Origin: a virus
Lineage: Duplodnaviria; Caudoviricetes
Reading direction: 5' to 3' (one strand)
Virus record (IMG/VR): IMGVR_UViG_3300032285_001531
DNA length: 64,000 bases
Of this stretch, positions 45,012 through 55,476 are shown in pieces. A program made the position numbers and the translations under genes. The first letter of the stretch is position 1. Every line of letters starts with the position of its first letter. Below the pieces are notes generated by a model, which was not told where the DNA came from, searched no databases, and saw only the letters and a program-made list of their open reading frames with translations.

Positions 45012-47710
45012 TGTATGTAGACGCAATTCACGACAGGGATAATGATAAAATCCATGTCGTAGAACGTACACCTGACGGCAAACGCAGATATCAAGAATAT
45101 CCTGCGAACTATGTGTTATATTACAGTGATCCTAAAGGCAAGTATCGTAGCCTCTATGGTGATTCAGTAAGCAGATTCAGTACACGTAAGCGTGGTGAAT
45201 TTGAAAAGGAACGTAGAATACAATCAAACAAACAATTGTTTGAGAGTGATATTAATGTGGTGTTTAGATGTCTAAGTGACAACTATCTTAATGTTGATGC
45301 TCCTAAACTACATACTTGTTTCTTTGACATTGAGGTTGACTTTGATCCTGACAAAGGATTCAGTCCAACTACAGATCCATTCAATCCAGTAACAGCAATC
45401 TCATTATACTTAGATTGGCAAGACTTACTGGTCACACTATGTATTGCACCAAAGCATATGAGTGATGAAACTGCATGGGAAATAACAAAGAAGTTTGAAA
45501 ACTGTTTGTTATTTAAAACCGAAACAGAAATGTTCGAAACCTTTTTTCAACTTATTGAAGATGCAGATGTAATGACTGGTTGGAACTCAGAGGGATATGA
45601 TATACCTTACATGGTTAATCGTGTCACTAGAGTAATGAGTAAAGATGATACACGTAGATTTTGTCTATTAGGTCAACTACCTAAGCCTAGAACATATGAA
45701 CGTTTTGGTAAAGAAGAACAAACATACGACTTGATTGGTCGTATTCATATGGACTATTTGCAATTGTATAAGAAGTATAACTACGAATCACGACATAGCT
45801 ATAAACTAGATGCAATTGGTGAGATGGAAGTTGGTGAGAACAAAACTCAATACGAAGGTACCCTTGATCAATTATACAATAAAGACTGGGAAAAGTTCTT
45901 GGAGTATAACAGACAAGATACGATGTTGTTAGTTAAGATTCACAATAAATTAAAATTCTTAGACCTAGCAAATGCACTAGCACATGAAAATACTGTGCTG
46001 TTGCCAACTGTTATGGGTTCAGTTGCAATGATTGAACAGGCTATTTTTAATGAAGCACATGAACGTGGATTAGTTGTACCTGACAAAAATAGAAAGGAAC
46101 ACAATGATGAACAACAAGCAGCAGGTGCCTATGTTGCTACGCCGAAAAGAGGCATGCACGAATATGTTGGTGCCGTCGATATCAACTCGCTCTATCCCTC
46201 GGTTATTAGGGCCCTCAACATGGCGCCAGAAACAATTGTCGGTCAAGTTAGACAAACCCTAACTAATCAATACATGCGAGATAAAGGTCTACGTCTTGCA
46301 ATGGAAAAGAAAAGATATAAAGAAGGTGATGATGAAGTTACCGGTAGTGTACTATGGGAGGGATTATTTAGTGCGTTAGAGTATACCGCAGTAATGAATC
46401 AAGAACGTGGCACTATATTAACTATTGATTTTGAAGATGGTCGTAGTGAAGAACATAGTGCTGCTGAAATATGGAAGATGATATTTGATAGCAATAGACC
46501 ATGGATGCTTAGTGCTAACGGTACAATCTTTACATACGAACAAGAAGGAGTTATTCCTGGTCTATTATCACGTTGGTACAGTGATCGTAAAGACATGCAA
46601 AAGAAACTCAGAGAATCAACTACTGATGAAGATAAAGAGTACTGGGATAAACGACAATTGGTTCGTAAGATTTTACTTAACTCTGCATACGGTGCATTGT
46701 TGAATGAACATTGTCGTTTCTATGATAAGCGTATTGGTCAAAGTGTTACATTAAGTGGTCGTCAAATTGTTAAACACATGATGAGCCAAATCAATGAATG
46801 TATCGCAGGTGACTATAACCATGAAGGTGAAGCAATTGTTTATGGTGATACTGACTCATGTTATTTCTCAGCATACAGTGTATTGAAACCTGAAATAGAT
46901 AAAGGTGAAGTACAATGGGATAAAGATATGTGTATTCAATTGTATGACAATATCGCAGACCAAGCTAATGAAAGTTTTCCTGCATTTATGGAGAAAGCAT
47001 TTCATGCTCCTCGTAAGAATGGTGCAATCATTAAAGCAGGTCGTGAACTGATTGGTGATCGTAGTATCTTTATTACAAAGAAGCGTTATGCTATTAATAT
47101 CTATGACAAAGAGGGTAAGCGTAAAGATACAAACGGTAGTACTGGGCAAATTAAAGCTATGGGTTTAGATTTGAAACGTGCTGACACGCCTAAATATGTA
47201 CAAGAGTTTTTGATGAGTGTATTGCAATGTGTACTAGATGGTGGCACACGTGATACCGTAATTGATATGATTAAAACATTTAAATTGCAATTGGCTCAAC
47301 AAGAACCTTGGACTAAAGGTAGCCCTAAATCAGTGAATAAGTTAACTATGTATGGTGACAAAGAAAAGGCAGCAGGTAAAACTAACATGCCTGGTCACGT
47401 AAGAGCAGCGTTAAACTATAACTATTTGCGTAATGCTAATAGTGACAACTATAGTCAAAAGATTGTAGATGGTATGAAAATTGTAGTATGTAAACTTAAA
47501 CCTAATCCATTAGGATATACAAGTATTGCATACCCAACTGACGAACTTAGATTACCTAAATGGTTCTGTGAGTTACCATTTGACGATTATGAAATGGAAA
47601 AAACACTAGTTGATGAAAAGATTGATAACTTGTTAGGAGTTATGAATTGGGACTTAAGAATAAGCACTGACGTTAATTCTACGTTTGATGACTTCTTTTC
47701 GTTCGGGTAA
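45011..47710 (+). CDS. polB: Family B DNA polymerase with 3'-5' exonuclease
   Basis: FFDIEVD, GWNSEGYD, YNRQD, DINSLYPS, KILLNSAYG, YGDTDS, KKRYA. Confidence 0.97.
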   Translation: MYVDAIHDRDNDKIHVVERTPDGKRRYQEYPANYVLYYSDPKGKYRSLYGDSVSRFSTRKRGEFEKERRIQSNKQLFESDINVVFRCLSDNYLNVDAPKLHTCFFDIEVDFDPDKGFSPTTDPFNPVTAISLYLDWQDLLVTLCIAPKHMSDETAWEITKKFENCLLFKTETEMFETFFQLIEDADVMTGWNSEGYDIPYMVNRVTRVMSKDDTRRFCLLGQLPKPRTYERFGKEEQTYDLIGRIHMDYLQLYKKYNYESRHSYKLDAIGEMEVGENKTQYEGTLDQLYNKDWEKFLEYNRQDTMLLVKIHNKLKFLDLANALAHENTVLLPTVMGSVAMIEQAIFNEAHERGLVVPDKNRKEHNDEQQAAGAYVATPKRGMHEYVGAVDINSLYPSVIRALNMAPETIVGQVRQTLTNQYMRDKGLRLAMEKKRYKEGDDEVTGSVLWEGLFSALEYTAVMNQERGTILTIDFEDGRSEEHSAAEIWKMIFDSNRPWMLSANGTIFTYEQEGVIPGLLSRWYSDRKDMQKKLRESTTDEDKEYWDKRQLVRKILLNSAYGALLNEHCRFYDKRIGQSVTLSGRQIVKHMMSQINECIAGDYNHEGEAIVYGDTDSCYFSAYSVLKPEIDKGEVQWDKDMCIQLYDNIADQANESFPAFMEKAFHAPRKNGAIIKAGRELIGDRSIFITKKRYAINIYDKEGKRKDTNGSTGQIKAMGLDLKRADTPKYVQEFLMSVLQCVLDGGTRDTVIDMIKTFKLQLAQQEPWTKGSPKSVNKLTMYGDKEKAAGKTNMPGHVRAALNYNYLRNANSDNYSQKIVDGMKIVVCKLKPNPLGYTSIAYPTDELRLPKWFCELPFDDYEMEKTLVDEKIDNLLGVMNWDLRISTDVNSTFDDFFSFG

Positions 47711-47717
47711 ACTAGTT

Positions 47718-47746
47718 TTGTTTTTCGCAATAAAATCCGTTATAAT
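47718..47746 (+). promoter_or_regulatory. Sigma70-type promoter TTGTTT-17 nt-TATAAT
   Basis: 17-nt spacer, intergenic, upstream of the clamp gene. Confidence 0.6.
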
Positions 47747-47787
47747 AGATGCAATACATTCCTAAATAAATCATAAGGAGAAATTTA

Positions 47788-48513
47788 ATGAAGGACAATT
47801 TACAAGATTTGATATCACATATACATGGTCTAAGTGATATTGACATTATTAAAATTATGGGTACTGATACTGAAACAAACTTTGCAGCAGTATCACAAGA
47901 TCAAAATGGTAGAATCGTTATTGAAGGTGGCTTTAAGAATACTGATGCAGAATTCATTGGCACATTCGGTCTACCAAATCTAAACAAACTCAAAACTATT
48001 TTAGGTTTTGATGACTATGACGATGGTTCAAAGATTCACACTAAGCGTGACAATGATGTTGCTAAAGCAATTCATTTTGAAAACAAGACAGGTGATTTCA
48101 TTAACGAATATCGTTTAATGTCAGAAGCTATTGTTAAAGAAAAAGTAAGTAATGTTATTTTCAAAGGTGCAACTTGGAACGTAGAATTCAATCCTACAGT
48201 AGATAACATTGGTAGATTGAAGCGTCAAGCACAAGCTAATAGCGAAGAAACTATTTTCAAACTTAAGATTGAAAACGGTGATGTAAAGATTTACTTTGGT
48301 GATCCAGCAACACATAATGGTAACTTTGTATTTCATTCTAAAGTATCTGGTACTATTAGCAATGTATTACAATTCCCAGTAAGTCTTGTTATTCAAGTAT
48401 TGAACATGGCAGGTGACAAAACAATGCGTGTTAGTGAAAAAGGTATCTTAGAAATCACTATTGACAGTGGCATTGCAACTTATCGTTACTTGATTCCTGC
48501 TCAATCAAAATGA
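47788..48513 (+). CDS. Sliding clamp (gp45/PCNA-like)
   Basis: Size, position after the polymerase, FGLPNL.KL..IL motif and terminal Y.Y.IPA motif. Confidence 0.75.
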   Translation: MKDNLQDLISHIHGLSDIDIIKIMGTDTETNFAAVSQDQNGRIVIEGGFKNTDAEFIGTFGLPNLNKLKTILGFDDYDDGSKIHTKRDNDVAKAIHFENKTGDFINEYRLMSEAIVKEKVSNVIFKGATWNVEFNPTVDNIGRLKRQAQANSEETIFKLKIENGDVKIYFGDPATHNGNFVFHSKVSGTISNVLQFPVSLVIQVLNMAGDKTMRVSEKGILEITIDSGIATYRYLIPAQSK

Positions 48514-48899
48514 TAAAAGGCATTATGCAATCAGGTAAGTATTTGCATGTATCAGGGGGATATCCTTCTGCACCAAATATTAATTCTACGCAAAATAGAC
48601 AAACATCTAATTCACCATCTTCAGGTGACGTTCGTTATAACGCAACTGTAGCGGGATTAGAGATATATGATGGTTATAATTGGGTGTCATGGAATCCTTC
48701 ATATGCCAGTGTTGGGTTATCGCCTGAAGCAGAAGAACTACTTGACTGGGCCAAAGAAAAGCGCAACAAAGAACTTGAAGTAGAAAAACTAGCAAAAGTT
48801 AATCCAGCAGTTCATGATTTACTTGAGCAGATTAAAGAAAAGCAAGATCAACTTGAAATGGTAACAACATTACTAAAATCACCAGAGACAACATCTTAA
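48510..48899 (+). CDS. Hypothetical protein
   Basis: 129-aa ORF; GDVRYN...LEIYDG..W motif plus a helical C-terminus. Confidence 0.7.
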   Translation: MIKGIMQSGKYLHVSGGYPSAPNINSTQNRQTSNSPSSGDVRYNATVAGLEIYDGYNWVSWNPSYASVGLSPEAEELLDWAKEKRNKELEVEKLAKVNPAVHDLLEQIKEKQDQLEMVTTLLKSPETTS

Positions 48900-50473
48900 T
48901 GGAAAAAGACGATTTAACAAGTAAACAAAATCCTGATTGGGCATTGTTTTTACCTGCACTTAGTACATTCTATATTACTGGGTTAGGTAAACAGCGTAAA
49001 GGTGAAGAGTACTTTCCACCTGAACGTATACCAAAAGGTATTCCTGACTTAGAAGGATTGAATTTTCTTAATAGTCAAAAGGCATTATTCCCATACAAGT
49101 GGGCATTGTATTCTGCAGGTCATTCTGAATTAGATCCTAAGAAACAGGGCAATAGTGAAAGCATTGTACACGAACGTGAAAAAGGTACATTCATGTTAGG
49201 TGATTCAGGTGGATTTCAAATCTTAAAAGGTCAATGGCCTGCTGATTGGAAAGATCCTAATTGTCCTAAAGCAAAAAAGAAACGTGAACAGGTACTTGCA
49301 TGGATGGAAACATACATGGACTATGGCATGGTACTTGATATACCTTCACAATCATTGACTACATATCATTTACAAGATCCGAAAACACTTAAGAAAGATG
49401 AAAAGGGTAATATTATACCTGGCTCAGGTGTTTCACTGCATGGTATTAAAACTATTGAAGATGCTATTAAAGCTACACATATCAATAACAAATATTTTAT
49501 TGAGAATCGTATTGGTAAATGTAAGTTCTTAAATGTATTACAAGGTCGTAATCATACTCAAGCTGCTGAATGGTATAATGAGATGAAAGACTATTGTGAT
49601 CCTAAAAAGTATCCTGATAATCATTTTAATGGTTGGGCTATGGGAGGTCAAACTAAGATTGACATTAGCCTTTTTCTTAAATCATTAGTTAATATCATAC
49701 ATGATGACTTGTTACAAGAAGGTGTACATGATTGGATACACTGTTTAGGCACTAGTATATTAGAATGGGCATTGATATTCAGTGATGTACAACGAGCATT
49801 ACGCAAACATGCTAATCCAAAAGTAACTATTAGTTTTGACTGTGCAAGCCCATTCTTTAGTGCTGCTAAAGGCTTAGCATACTTTAACAATAATTTTGAA
49901 CACAATAAGAAGTGGTCTTATCAAATGGAAAAGACTGCTGAGAAAAAAGCATATGCTACTGATACCCGCAAATATAGAGATGGTGTATTAGCTGATGGCA
50001 TACATGAGATATTTGCCGACAGTCCTGTGACTGCAAATATGACAATGCAAGACTTATGTTATCGTGGTCAAGGCTTTCTTGGTCAACATGGTAAAGAAAC
50101 TAAAACAAGCTGGGATACATTAAGCTATACGTTATTGCAAGGTCATAATGTATATCAACATATGGTTGCTGTGCAAGAAGCTAATCGCAAATATGATACT
50201 AATATTATCCCAAGCATGTTGATACATGAAAAACATGAGCGTATACTGTTCAGTAACGTAGTAGAAGAAATCTTTAGTTTAAAAGATAGGCAAAAAAGTT
50301 TAGATAAAATTGAAGAATATAATTGGTTTTGGAATCAGTTTAAGAGTGGTAGTCAAGGTATGAGTGGTAGAAAAACTACTAATTCAGATACTATATATGG
50401 TGAATTTTTTACAGTAGCAGACGCACCACAAGTTATTGAAGTTCCTGAAGAAGAACCGGAAGATTTTAGATAA
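48899..50473 (+). CDS. dpdA: DpdA, TGT-family 7-deazaguanine DNA transglycosylase
   Basis: MLGDSGGFQ, VLDIP, NVLQG, GWAMGG, IHCLG and SFDCASP (TGT barrel motifs); next to folE/queD/queE. Confidence 0.85.
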   Translation: MEKDDLTSKQNPDWALFLPALSTFYITGLGKQRKGEEYFPPERIPKGIPDLEGLNFLNSQKALFPYKWALYSAGHSELDPKKQGNSESIVHEREKGTFMLGDSGGFQILKGQWPADWKDPNCPKAKKKREQVLAWMETYMDYGMVLDIPSQSLTTYHLQDPKTLKKDEKGNIIPGSGVSLHGIKTIEDAIKATHINNKYFIENRIGKCKFLNVLQGRNHTQAAEWYNEMKDYCDPKKYPDNHFNGWAMGGQTKIDISLFLKSLVNIIHDDLLQEGVHDWIHCLGTSILEWALIFSDVQRALRKHANPKVTISFDCASPFFSAAKGLAYFNNNFEHNKKWSYQMEKTAEKKAYATDTRKYRDGVLADGIHEIFADSPVTANMTMQDLCYRGQGFLGQHGKETKTSWDTLSYTLLQGHNVYQHMVAVQEANRKYDTNIIPSMLIHEKHERILFSNVVEEIFSLKDRQKSLDKIEEYNWFWNQFKSGSQGMSGRKTTNSDTIYGEFFTVADAPQVIEVPEEEPEDFR

Positions 50474-50484
50474 CAGAGGATATT

Positions 50485-50691
50485 ATGTACGAAGGTAAAA
50501 TCAAACAGTTAGAAGAAGCACATAAAGTGTTGAACAAACAAATAGATGATATGGAACGTAATCACCCACATGTTGAGGTAGATAAACTATCTGAAATGAA
50601 GAAGCGTAAATTAATGTTACGTGATGAGATAAGTCGCCTAAATAAATTACAATGGGAACATGACCACGACAGTGTGGACTTAGGAGAATAA
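50485..50691 (+). CDS. DUF465/YdcH-like small coiled-coil protein
   Basis: L.E.H..L.KQI........LKK.KL.LRDEI pattern. Confidence 0.7.
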   Translation: MYEGKIKQLEEAHKVLNKQIDDMERNHPHVEVDKLSEMKKRKLMLRDEISRLNKLQWEHDHDSVDLGE

Positions 50692-50692
50692 T

Positions 50693-51145
50693 ATGGATCA
50701 AAGAGAAATGGCATTAGCTGAAACTAGAATTAGAATCAAACAAACTGCTAAACGTATGATATTTGTTACCTTTCAAAAAGAAGGTATTCATAGATATCCT
50801 GCAGCAGCAACAGATCCTAACTTATGTACAGCAGGTGAATATGACGTATCGTTTCTTGCTAATCCACATCGTCATATATTTCATTTCAATGTTAATATTG
50901 AAGTGTTTCACAATGACCGTGATATAGAATTTATTCAATTCAAGCGTTGGCTAGAAGGTCTTTATAGCAAAGACATACTTGAATTGGATTTTAAAAGCTG
51001 CGAAATGATTAGCGATGACTTATATGAACAAATCGCTAGTCGTTACCCAGATCGTGACATTGAAATCACTGTAAGCGAAGATGGTGAGAACGGTGCAACG
51101 ATACATTATAGTACTACTAAACCACATTTATCAATAACACTTTAA
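50693..51145 (+). CDS. dpdL: QueD-paralog T-fold protein, DpdL-like (CDG decarboxylase)
   Basis: LANPHRHIF matches LxxxHRHxF (50855-50881); DRDIEFI and SCEMISDDL are T-fold motifs. Confidence 0.7.
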   Translation: MDQREMALAETRIRIKQTAKRMIFVTFQKEGIHRYPAAATDPNLCTAGEYDVSFLANPHRHIFHFNVNIEVFHNDRDIEFIQFKRWLEGLYSKDILELDFKSCEMISDDLYEQIASRYPDRDIEITVSEDGENGATIHYSTTKPHLSITL

Positions 51146-51154
51146 GGAAACAAA

Positions 51155-51358
51155 ATGGCAAAACTAGAAATCAAACCTAATCATAAAGTTCGTGCAATCT
51201 TTGACGATTTAGAAAAGTATCGCAACTTCTGCGTTGACTTTGGTTACAAGTTTGATGAGGCGCATTTGTATGATATGCGTGTATTCTCATACCGTCAACA
51301 TGCTAAACAATTAGCAGGTAAGAATCCAAAGGATCAATGGGCAGAGGATATGAGATAA
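51155..51358 (+). CDS. Hypothetical protein
   Basis: 67-aa ORF with an AAGGA SD. Confidence 0.75.
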   Translation: MAKLEIKPNHKVRAIFDDLEKYRNFCVDFGYKFDEAHLYDMRVFSYRQHAKQLAGKNPKDQWAEDMR

Positions 51359-51750
51359 TGGCTGTCTATACTATATCAACTAAAGAAAAGAAAAGCGTTG
51401 AAGAACGTGAGATTTGGGTTAAAGATGATTTAACTATCATTCGTATTAATGGCTTTCGTTGGGGTTCATATACAATTGAATTAGATGACGATGAAGAACT
51501 AGATATAGACCCAAACAATCCAGATGGCATAGACATGAACTGTTGCGGTTACGATGCAGAACTAGTTAGTATGGATGATGGTTGGTACGGTGATGTAGAG
51601 TATCCAGAAAGCATGAGTGATGAAGAACGTGAACGTATGGATGAAATATGGGACGAAGATTATTATGAAGGTTGGGAAGGTGAAGGTTGGATGCAAACTG
51701 ACACTGAAGCAATGTTCTATGGTCCATTAGAAATAACTAAGGAAGATTAA
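51358..51750 (+). CDS. Acidic hypothetical protein
   Basis: TAATG coupling at both ends; start moved to 51358. Confidence 0.75.
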   Translation: MAVYTISTKEKKSVEEREIWVKDDLTIIRINGFRWGSYTIELDDDEELDIDPNNPDGIDMNCCGYDAELVSMDDGWYGDVEYPESMSDEERERMDEIWDEDYYEGWEGEGWMQTDTEAMFYGPLEITKED

Positions 51751-52943
51751 TGCAAACATTATATTACATGGGTTTAGAACCCTATAAGGCAAGATATACT
51801 CTACAGTTACAAGAGTGGAATCGTGCTGTATTTGAACGTAGGGGAATAAACTATGTAATAGTTCCTGGTGAAACACTAAGTAATGACAAAGCCATTGTAA
51901 CGGGTCAAGTGTTAGATGCACATGGTCGCAGTTACTTTGGCATGAGTCAAATGATGAATCTAGTTAAATTAATGAAAGCAGGAGAAATTAATCATGCAGA
52001 TGTTATATACTTTGAGGACATGTTTCAACCCGGCATTGAGAGCCTACCTTATATTATTGATCAAATCCCTCATACTATGCGTCCTCGTATTGCTGTTCGT
52101 TGCCTTGCACAAACTATTGACCCCGATGATTTCGTTCATGTATGGGGTATGCAAGACTGGATGGGTCACTATGAAAAGATGGTTGATTCGTTCGTAGATA
52201 TTACACTTGCTACTAATGAAGAAATGGTAGCACATATGAAAATAGCAGGATGGAAGTCAAAGATTTATAATATCAGTGGCTTAGCATTCGGTAAAGATGA
52301 AGTACGTAATAGAATAGAAGGTGAACTAAAGCCATTCAATGAACGAACATATCGTGTTGGTTTTGCCGCACGTTGGGATCAGGAGAAACAACCTGACTTC
52401 TATATGGACTTGATTGAAGAATACAATCGTATACAAAGTATGGCATATAATGATTTTCCTAAAGTAGAGTTTTGCGTATTCAGTGGTAGTAAATTAAAAA
52501 GTAATAATAGTAGTTACATGGAACGCACAAAGAAATTGCAACAAGAAGGTAAGCTTGTTATATATGAGGATTTAGAAAAGAATGATTACTATAATTTGCT
52601 TAATGATACTCGTGTCTTGTTTAATTGTGCCCTACAAGATTGGGTTTCCAACACAGTCAGTGAAGCAGATACTCTTGGCTGTAACGTTTTATACCCTGCT
52701 TATAGGTCTTTCCCTGAAACTTTTGCTAATGACAGTGACAGGCTTTACATTCCTTGGTCAATGAATGATGCACTTGACAAGTTATTAAAACTATTAAAGC
52801 ATCCACATAAAGATATCGGTAAAATCAGTGACTATAATGATAAGACAATTGACAGAATTTGTGATATAATAACTGGTCAGGGCGAAAGATACTTGCGTAT
52901 GGATACTGACTATCGTAAGCATGTTAGCGAGACAAAATATTAA
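51750..52943 (+). CDS. GT-B fold glycosyltransferase (possibly DNA-modifying)
   Basis: YFEDMFQPG, FAARWDQEKQPDF, FNCALQD and EA..LGC..L.P..RSFPE (GT-B donor-binding region). Confidence 0.8.
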   Translation: MQTLYYMGLEPYKARYTLQLQEWNRAVFERRGINYVIVPGETLSNDKAIVTGQVLDAHGRSYFGMSQMMNLVKLMKAGEINHADVIYFEDMFQPGIESLPYIIDQIPHTMRPRIAVRCLAQTIDPDDFVHVWGMQDWMGHYEKMVDSFVDITLATNEEMVAHMKIAGWKSKIYNISGLAFGKDEVRNRIEGELKPFNERTYRVGFAARWDQEKQPDFYMDLIEEYNRIQSMAYNDFPKVEFCVFSGSKLKSNNSSYMERTKKLQQEGKLVIYEDLEKNDYYNLLNDTRVLFNCALQDWVSNTVSEADTLGCNVLYPAYRSFPETFANDSDRLYIPWSMNDALDKLLKLLKHPHKDIGKISDYNDKTIDRICDIITGQGERYLRMDTDYRKHVSETKY

Positions 52944-53161
52944 TGACTGCTATATTTACATATCTTTTTATAGGTGGAGTGTTAGGATTTCTAATAGGAT
53001 TGAACAAGCACCAAACACCTACTGGTCTTATTAACTATAATATTTTAAAAAACGAACGAGATGAATCTGAGAGAAAACTTTTGTATTACAAAAAGGTAAT
53101 CAAAGACCTAGTAGAAGATAATCGTAAGCTAGTAAAAGAATTAGAAGAACATAATAAATGA
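52943..53161 (+). CDS. Small membrane-anchored coiled-coil protein
   Basis: N-terminal TM helix; coupled to both neighbours. Confidence 0.7.
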   Translation: MTAIFTYLFIGGVLGFLIGLNKHQTPTGLINYNILKNERDESERKLLYYKKVIKDLVEDNRKLVKELEEHNK

Positions 53162-54141
53162 AAACAGTTGTAATTACCGGTTCAAATGGTTTTATAGGAA
53201 GTCATACTGCAAAAGTGTTTCGCAAAGCAGGTTACTATGTTGTGGGTATAGATAACAAATATACTATACCTGCAAATAAAGATTACTGTAATGAAGTTAG
53301 AATAGGTGATTATGACACTGTAGGCGCCTTTGCTATTCAGTATCATCAAGCTAATGCCATTGTGCATTGTGCTGCCAATTCACTTGTGGGACCAAGTATA
53401 AGTAATCCCTACAGTTATTATAACAATAATGTAGCAAAATTAAATCAATTTTTAAACACTTTACATGACATATATAATTGGCACGGTAGTATTATTTTTT
53501 CAAGTAGTGCTGCAGTGTATGGAACTAACTCTGATGAATCAATAAAAGAGAATGCCAACAAAGATCCAATAAGCCCATATGGTCGTAGTAAGTTAATGGG
53601 CGAACACATAATTAACGATTATTGTATTGCACATGGATATAAAGCAATTGCATTGCGTTATTTCAATGCAACTGGATGTGACATTGATGGTGAATTAGGT
53701 TGTATTAAGGATGATACTCATTTAGTTCCACGTGTTTCTACTGCAGCCTTGAATGAAAAATCATTAATCATTAATGGTAACGATTTCAACACTCCTGACG
53801 GTACATGCATACGTGATTACTTGCATGTAACTGACATTGCTAATGCACATTTAGCTGCTGTAGAGTTAAGTATGGGTTACAGTGAAGGTGAATTTGAAGT
53901 ATTCAATTTGGGTACTGGCACAGGATATAGTAACTTAGAAATTGCCAATGCATTCGTAGAGCATAATAAGATACCTTTAACTTGGGCATTTGGTCCTAGA
54001 CAAATAGGTGATCCTGATAAGCTAGTTGCAGATCCAATTAATTTTATACATGAAACTGGCTGGATGCCAGAACATAGTGATTTAGAAACAATAGTAACCA
54101 CAACTTTTGACTTCATGAAAAAAATGTATTACAATAATTGA
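53158..54141 (+). CDS. galE: UDP-glucose 4-epimerase
   Basis: TGSNGFIGSH, FSSSAAVYG, YGRSK, LRYFNA.G, DGTCIRDYLHV.D, R..GDP..LVAD. Confidence 0.93.
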   Translation: MKTVVITGSNGFIGSHTAKVFRKAGYYVVGIDNKYTIPANKDYCNEVRIGDYDTVGAFAIQYHQANAIVHCAANSLVGPSISNPYSYYNNNVAKLNQFLNTLHDIYNWHGSIIFSSSAAVYGTNSDESIKENANKDPISPYGRSKLMGEHIINDYCIAHGYKAIALRYFNATGCDIDGELGCIKDDTHLVPRVSTAALNEKSLIINGNDFNTPDGTCIRDYLHVTDIANAHLAAVELSMGYSEGEFEVFNLGTGTGYSNLEIANAFVEHNKIPLTWAFGPRQIGDPDKLVADPINFIHETGWMPEHSDLETIVTTTFDFMKKMYYNN

Positions 54142-54142
54142 A

Positions 54143-54149
54143 ATAAATA
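54143..54149 (+). promoter_or_regulatory. Late-promoter-like ATAAATA upstream of folE
   Basis: Intergenic motif followed by a ~55-nt leader. Confidence 0.45.
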
Positions 54150-54210
54150 GTTATGTAACACAAAGGTTACAAATAGTCAACAAAAAACCATCACAACGGA
54201 GGGTTATCAA

Positions 54211-54894
54211 ATGAGTTTTAATAAGACAAAAACAGATCCTATTTTAGGACAACAAGTACACGAACATTTAGTAAAAATGGGAGTTGAAACTCCAATGAAT
54301 GCTAATAATCGGGACCGTAAAGAAAAGATTGAATTAATTGAGAGCTATTTCGAAGGCATAATGATGGCTTTGGGTTTAGACTTACAAGATGATAGTCTTA
54401 ACGAAACACCTAAGCGTGTTGCTAAGATGTATGTTAACGAAATCTTTTGGGGATTAGATTATGATGCATTCCCTAAATGTACTACAGTAGACAACAAGAT
54501 GAATTACAACGAAATGGTAGTAGAACGCAATGTATCAGTGCAAAGTAACTGTGAACATCACTTTGTTATCATTGACGGTCTTGCTACAGTTGCGTATGTG
54601 CCTAATCAAAAAGTATTAGGACTAAGCAAAATCAATCGTATTGTAGAATACTTTAGTAAGCGTCCACAGATACAAGAACGACTAACAGAGCAAATCTTTC
54701 ACACACTATGCTATATCCTTGAAACAGACGATGTTGCAGTTCTTATAAATGCTAGACATTATTGTGTGCGTAGCAGGGGAGTCGAAGATGCCGGAAGTTC
54801 TACCGTTACTAGTAGATTAGGCGGTGGTTTCAAAACTGATCCTGCTGCAAGAGCAGAATTTATGAGGATGGTTTCTTTAAGCGACCTAAATTAA
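54211..54894 (+). CDS. folE: GTP cyclohydrolase I
   Basis: ETPKRVAKMY, CEHHF, GLSKINRIV, RPQIQERLT, H.CV..RG. Confidence 0.97.
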   Translation: MSFNKTKTDPILGQQVHEHLVKMGVETPMNANNRDRKEKIELIESYFEGIMMALGLDLQDDSLNETPKRVAKMYVNEIFWGLDYDAFPKCTTVDNKMNYNEMVVERNVSVQSNCEHHFVIIDGLATVAYVPNQKVLGLSKINRIVEYFSKRPQIQERLTEQIFHTLCYILETDDVAVLINARHYCVRSRGVEDAGSSTVTSRLGGGFKTDPAARAEFMRMVSLSDLN

Positions 54895-54952
54895 GAGAAT
54901 TTGTTGCAGGATCATCAGGAAATAGATGTTGTAAAAACTAGAGGATTAGAAG

Positions 54953-55426
54953 ATGATATTCAATCACATTAAGAAACTTAAAGCAGAAGGTAAGAAGATA
55001 GGTATAACATTTTCTACCTTCGACTTGTTACATGCAGGTCATATTGCTATGCTAAGTGAAGCAAAGAATCATTGTGATTATCTTATTGCTGGCTTACAAA
55101 CTGATCCAACAATAGATAGACCTGATACTAAGAATAAACCTGTGCAAAGTATTGTAGAACGACAAATTCAATTGTCAGCATGTCGTTATGTTGATGAAGT
55201 GGTTGTGTATCAAACTGAACAAGACTTAATTGACTTATTATTGATTCTACCAATAGATGTTAGAATACTAGGTGTAGAGTATGAGAACAAAGACTTTACC
55301 GGTAAGAAAGAATGCTGGGATCGTGACATTGAATTAGTATTCAATGGGCGTGATCATAGTTTCAGTTCTAGTAGTCTGCGTAAACGTGTTGCTAATGCAC
55401 AAATAGTTAATAAATTAAACAAATAA
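54953..55426 (+). CDS. Cytidylyltransferase (TagD-like, HxGH)
   Basis: TFDLLHAGH, GLQTDP, KPVQS..ER, SSSSLR. Confidence 0.88.
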   Translation: MIFNHIKKLKAEGKKIGITFSTFDLLHAGHIAMLSEAKNHCDYLIAGLQTDPTIDRPDTKNKPVQSIVERQIQLSACRYVDEVVVYQTEQDLIDLLLILPIDVRILGVEYENKDFTGKKECWDRDIELVFNGRDHSFSSSSLRKRVANAQIVNKLNK

Positions 55427-55430
55427 AAAT

Positions 55431-55476
55431 AGCGGTCTAGGCAATCACCCCGCTCTACAAATTCTGCTGCCTATGA
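55431..55476 (+). ncRNA. preQ1-I-like pseudoknot/riboswitch candidate in the queD leader
   Basis: P1 AGCGG/CCGCT, loop TCTAGGCAATCACC, A-rich linker, P2 TAGGCA/TGCCTA. Confidence 0.55.

Noticed and set aside
45011-47710. Possible intein or intron in the DNA polymerase
   Set aside because: All conserved motifs are contiguous, the length is ordinary, and there is no Hint or LAGLIDADG signature.
48899-50473. Call as a tRNA-modifying queuine TGT
   Set aside because: Divergent and large, with no obvious C-terminal Zn-binding CxCxxC motif and no queA/queF nearby. The phage context fits DpdA better, though this is not proven.
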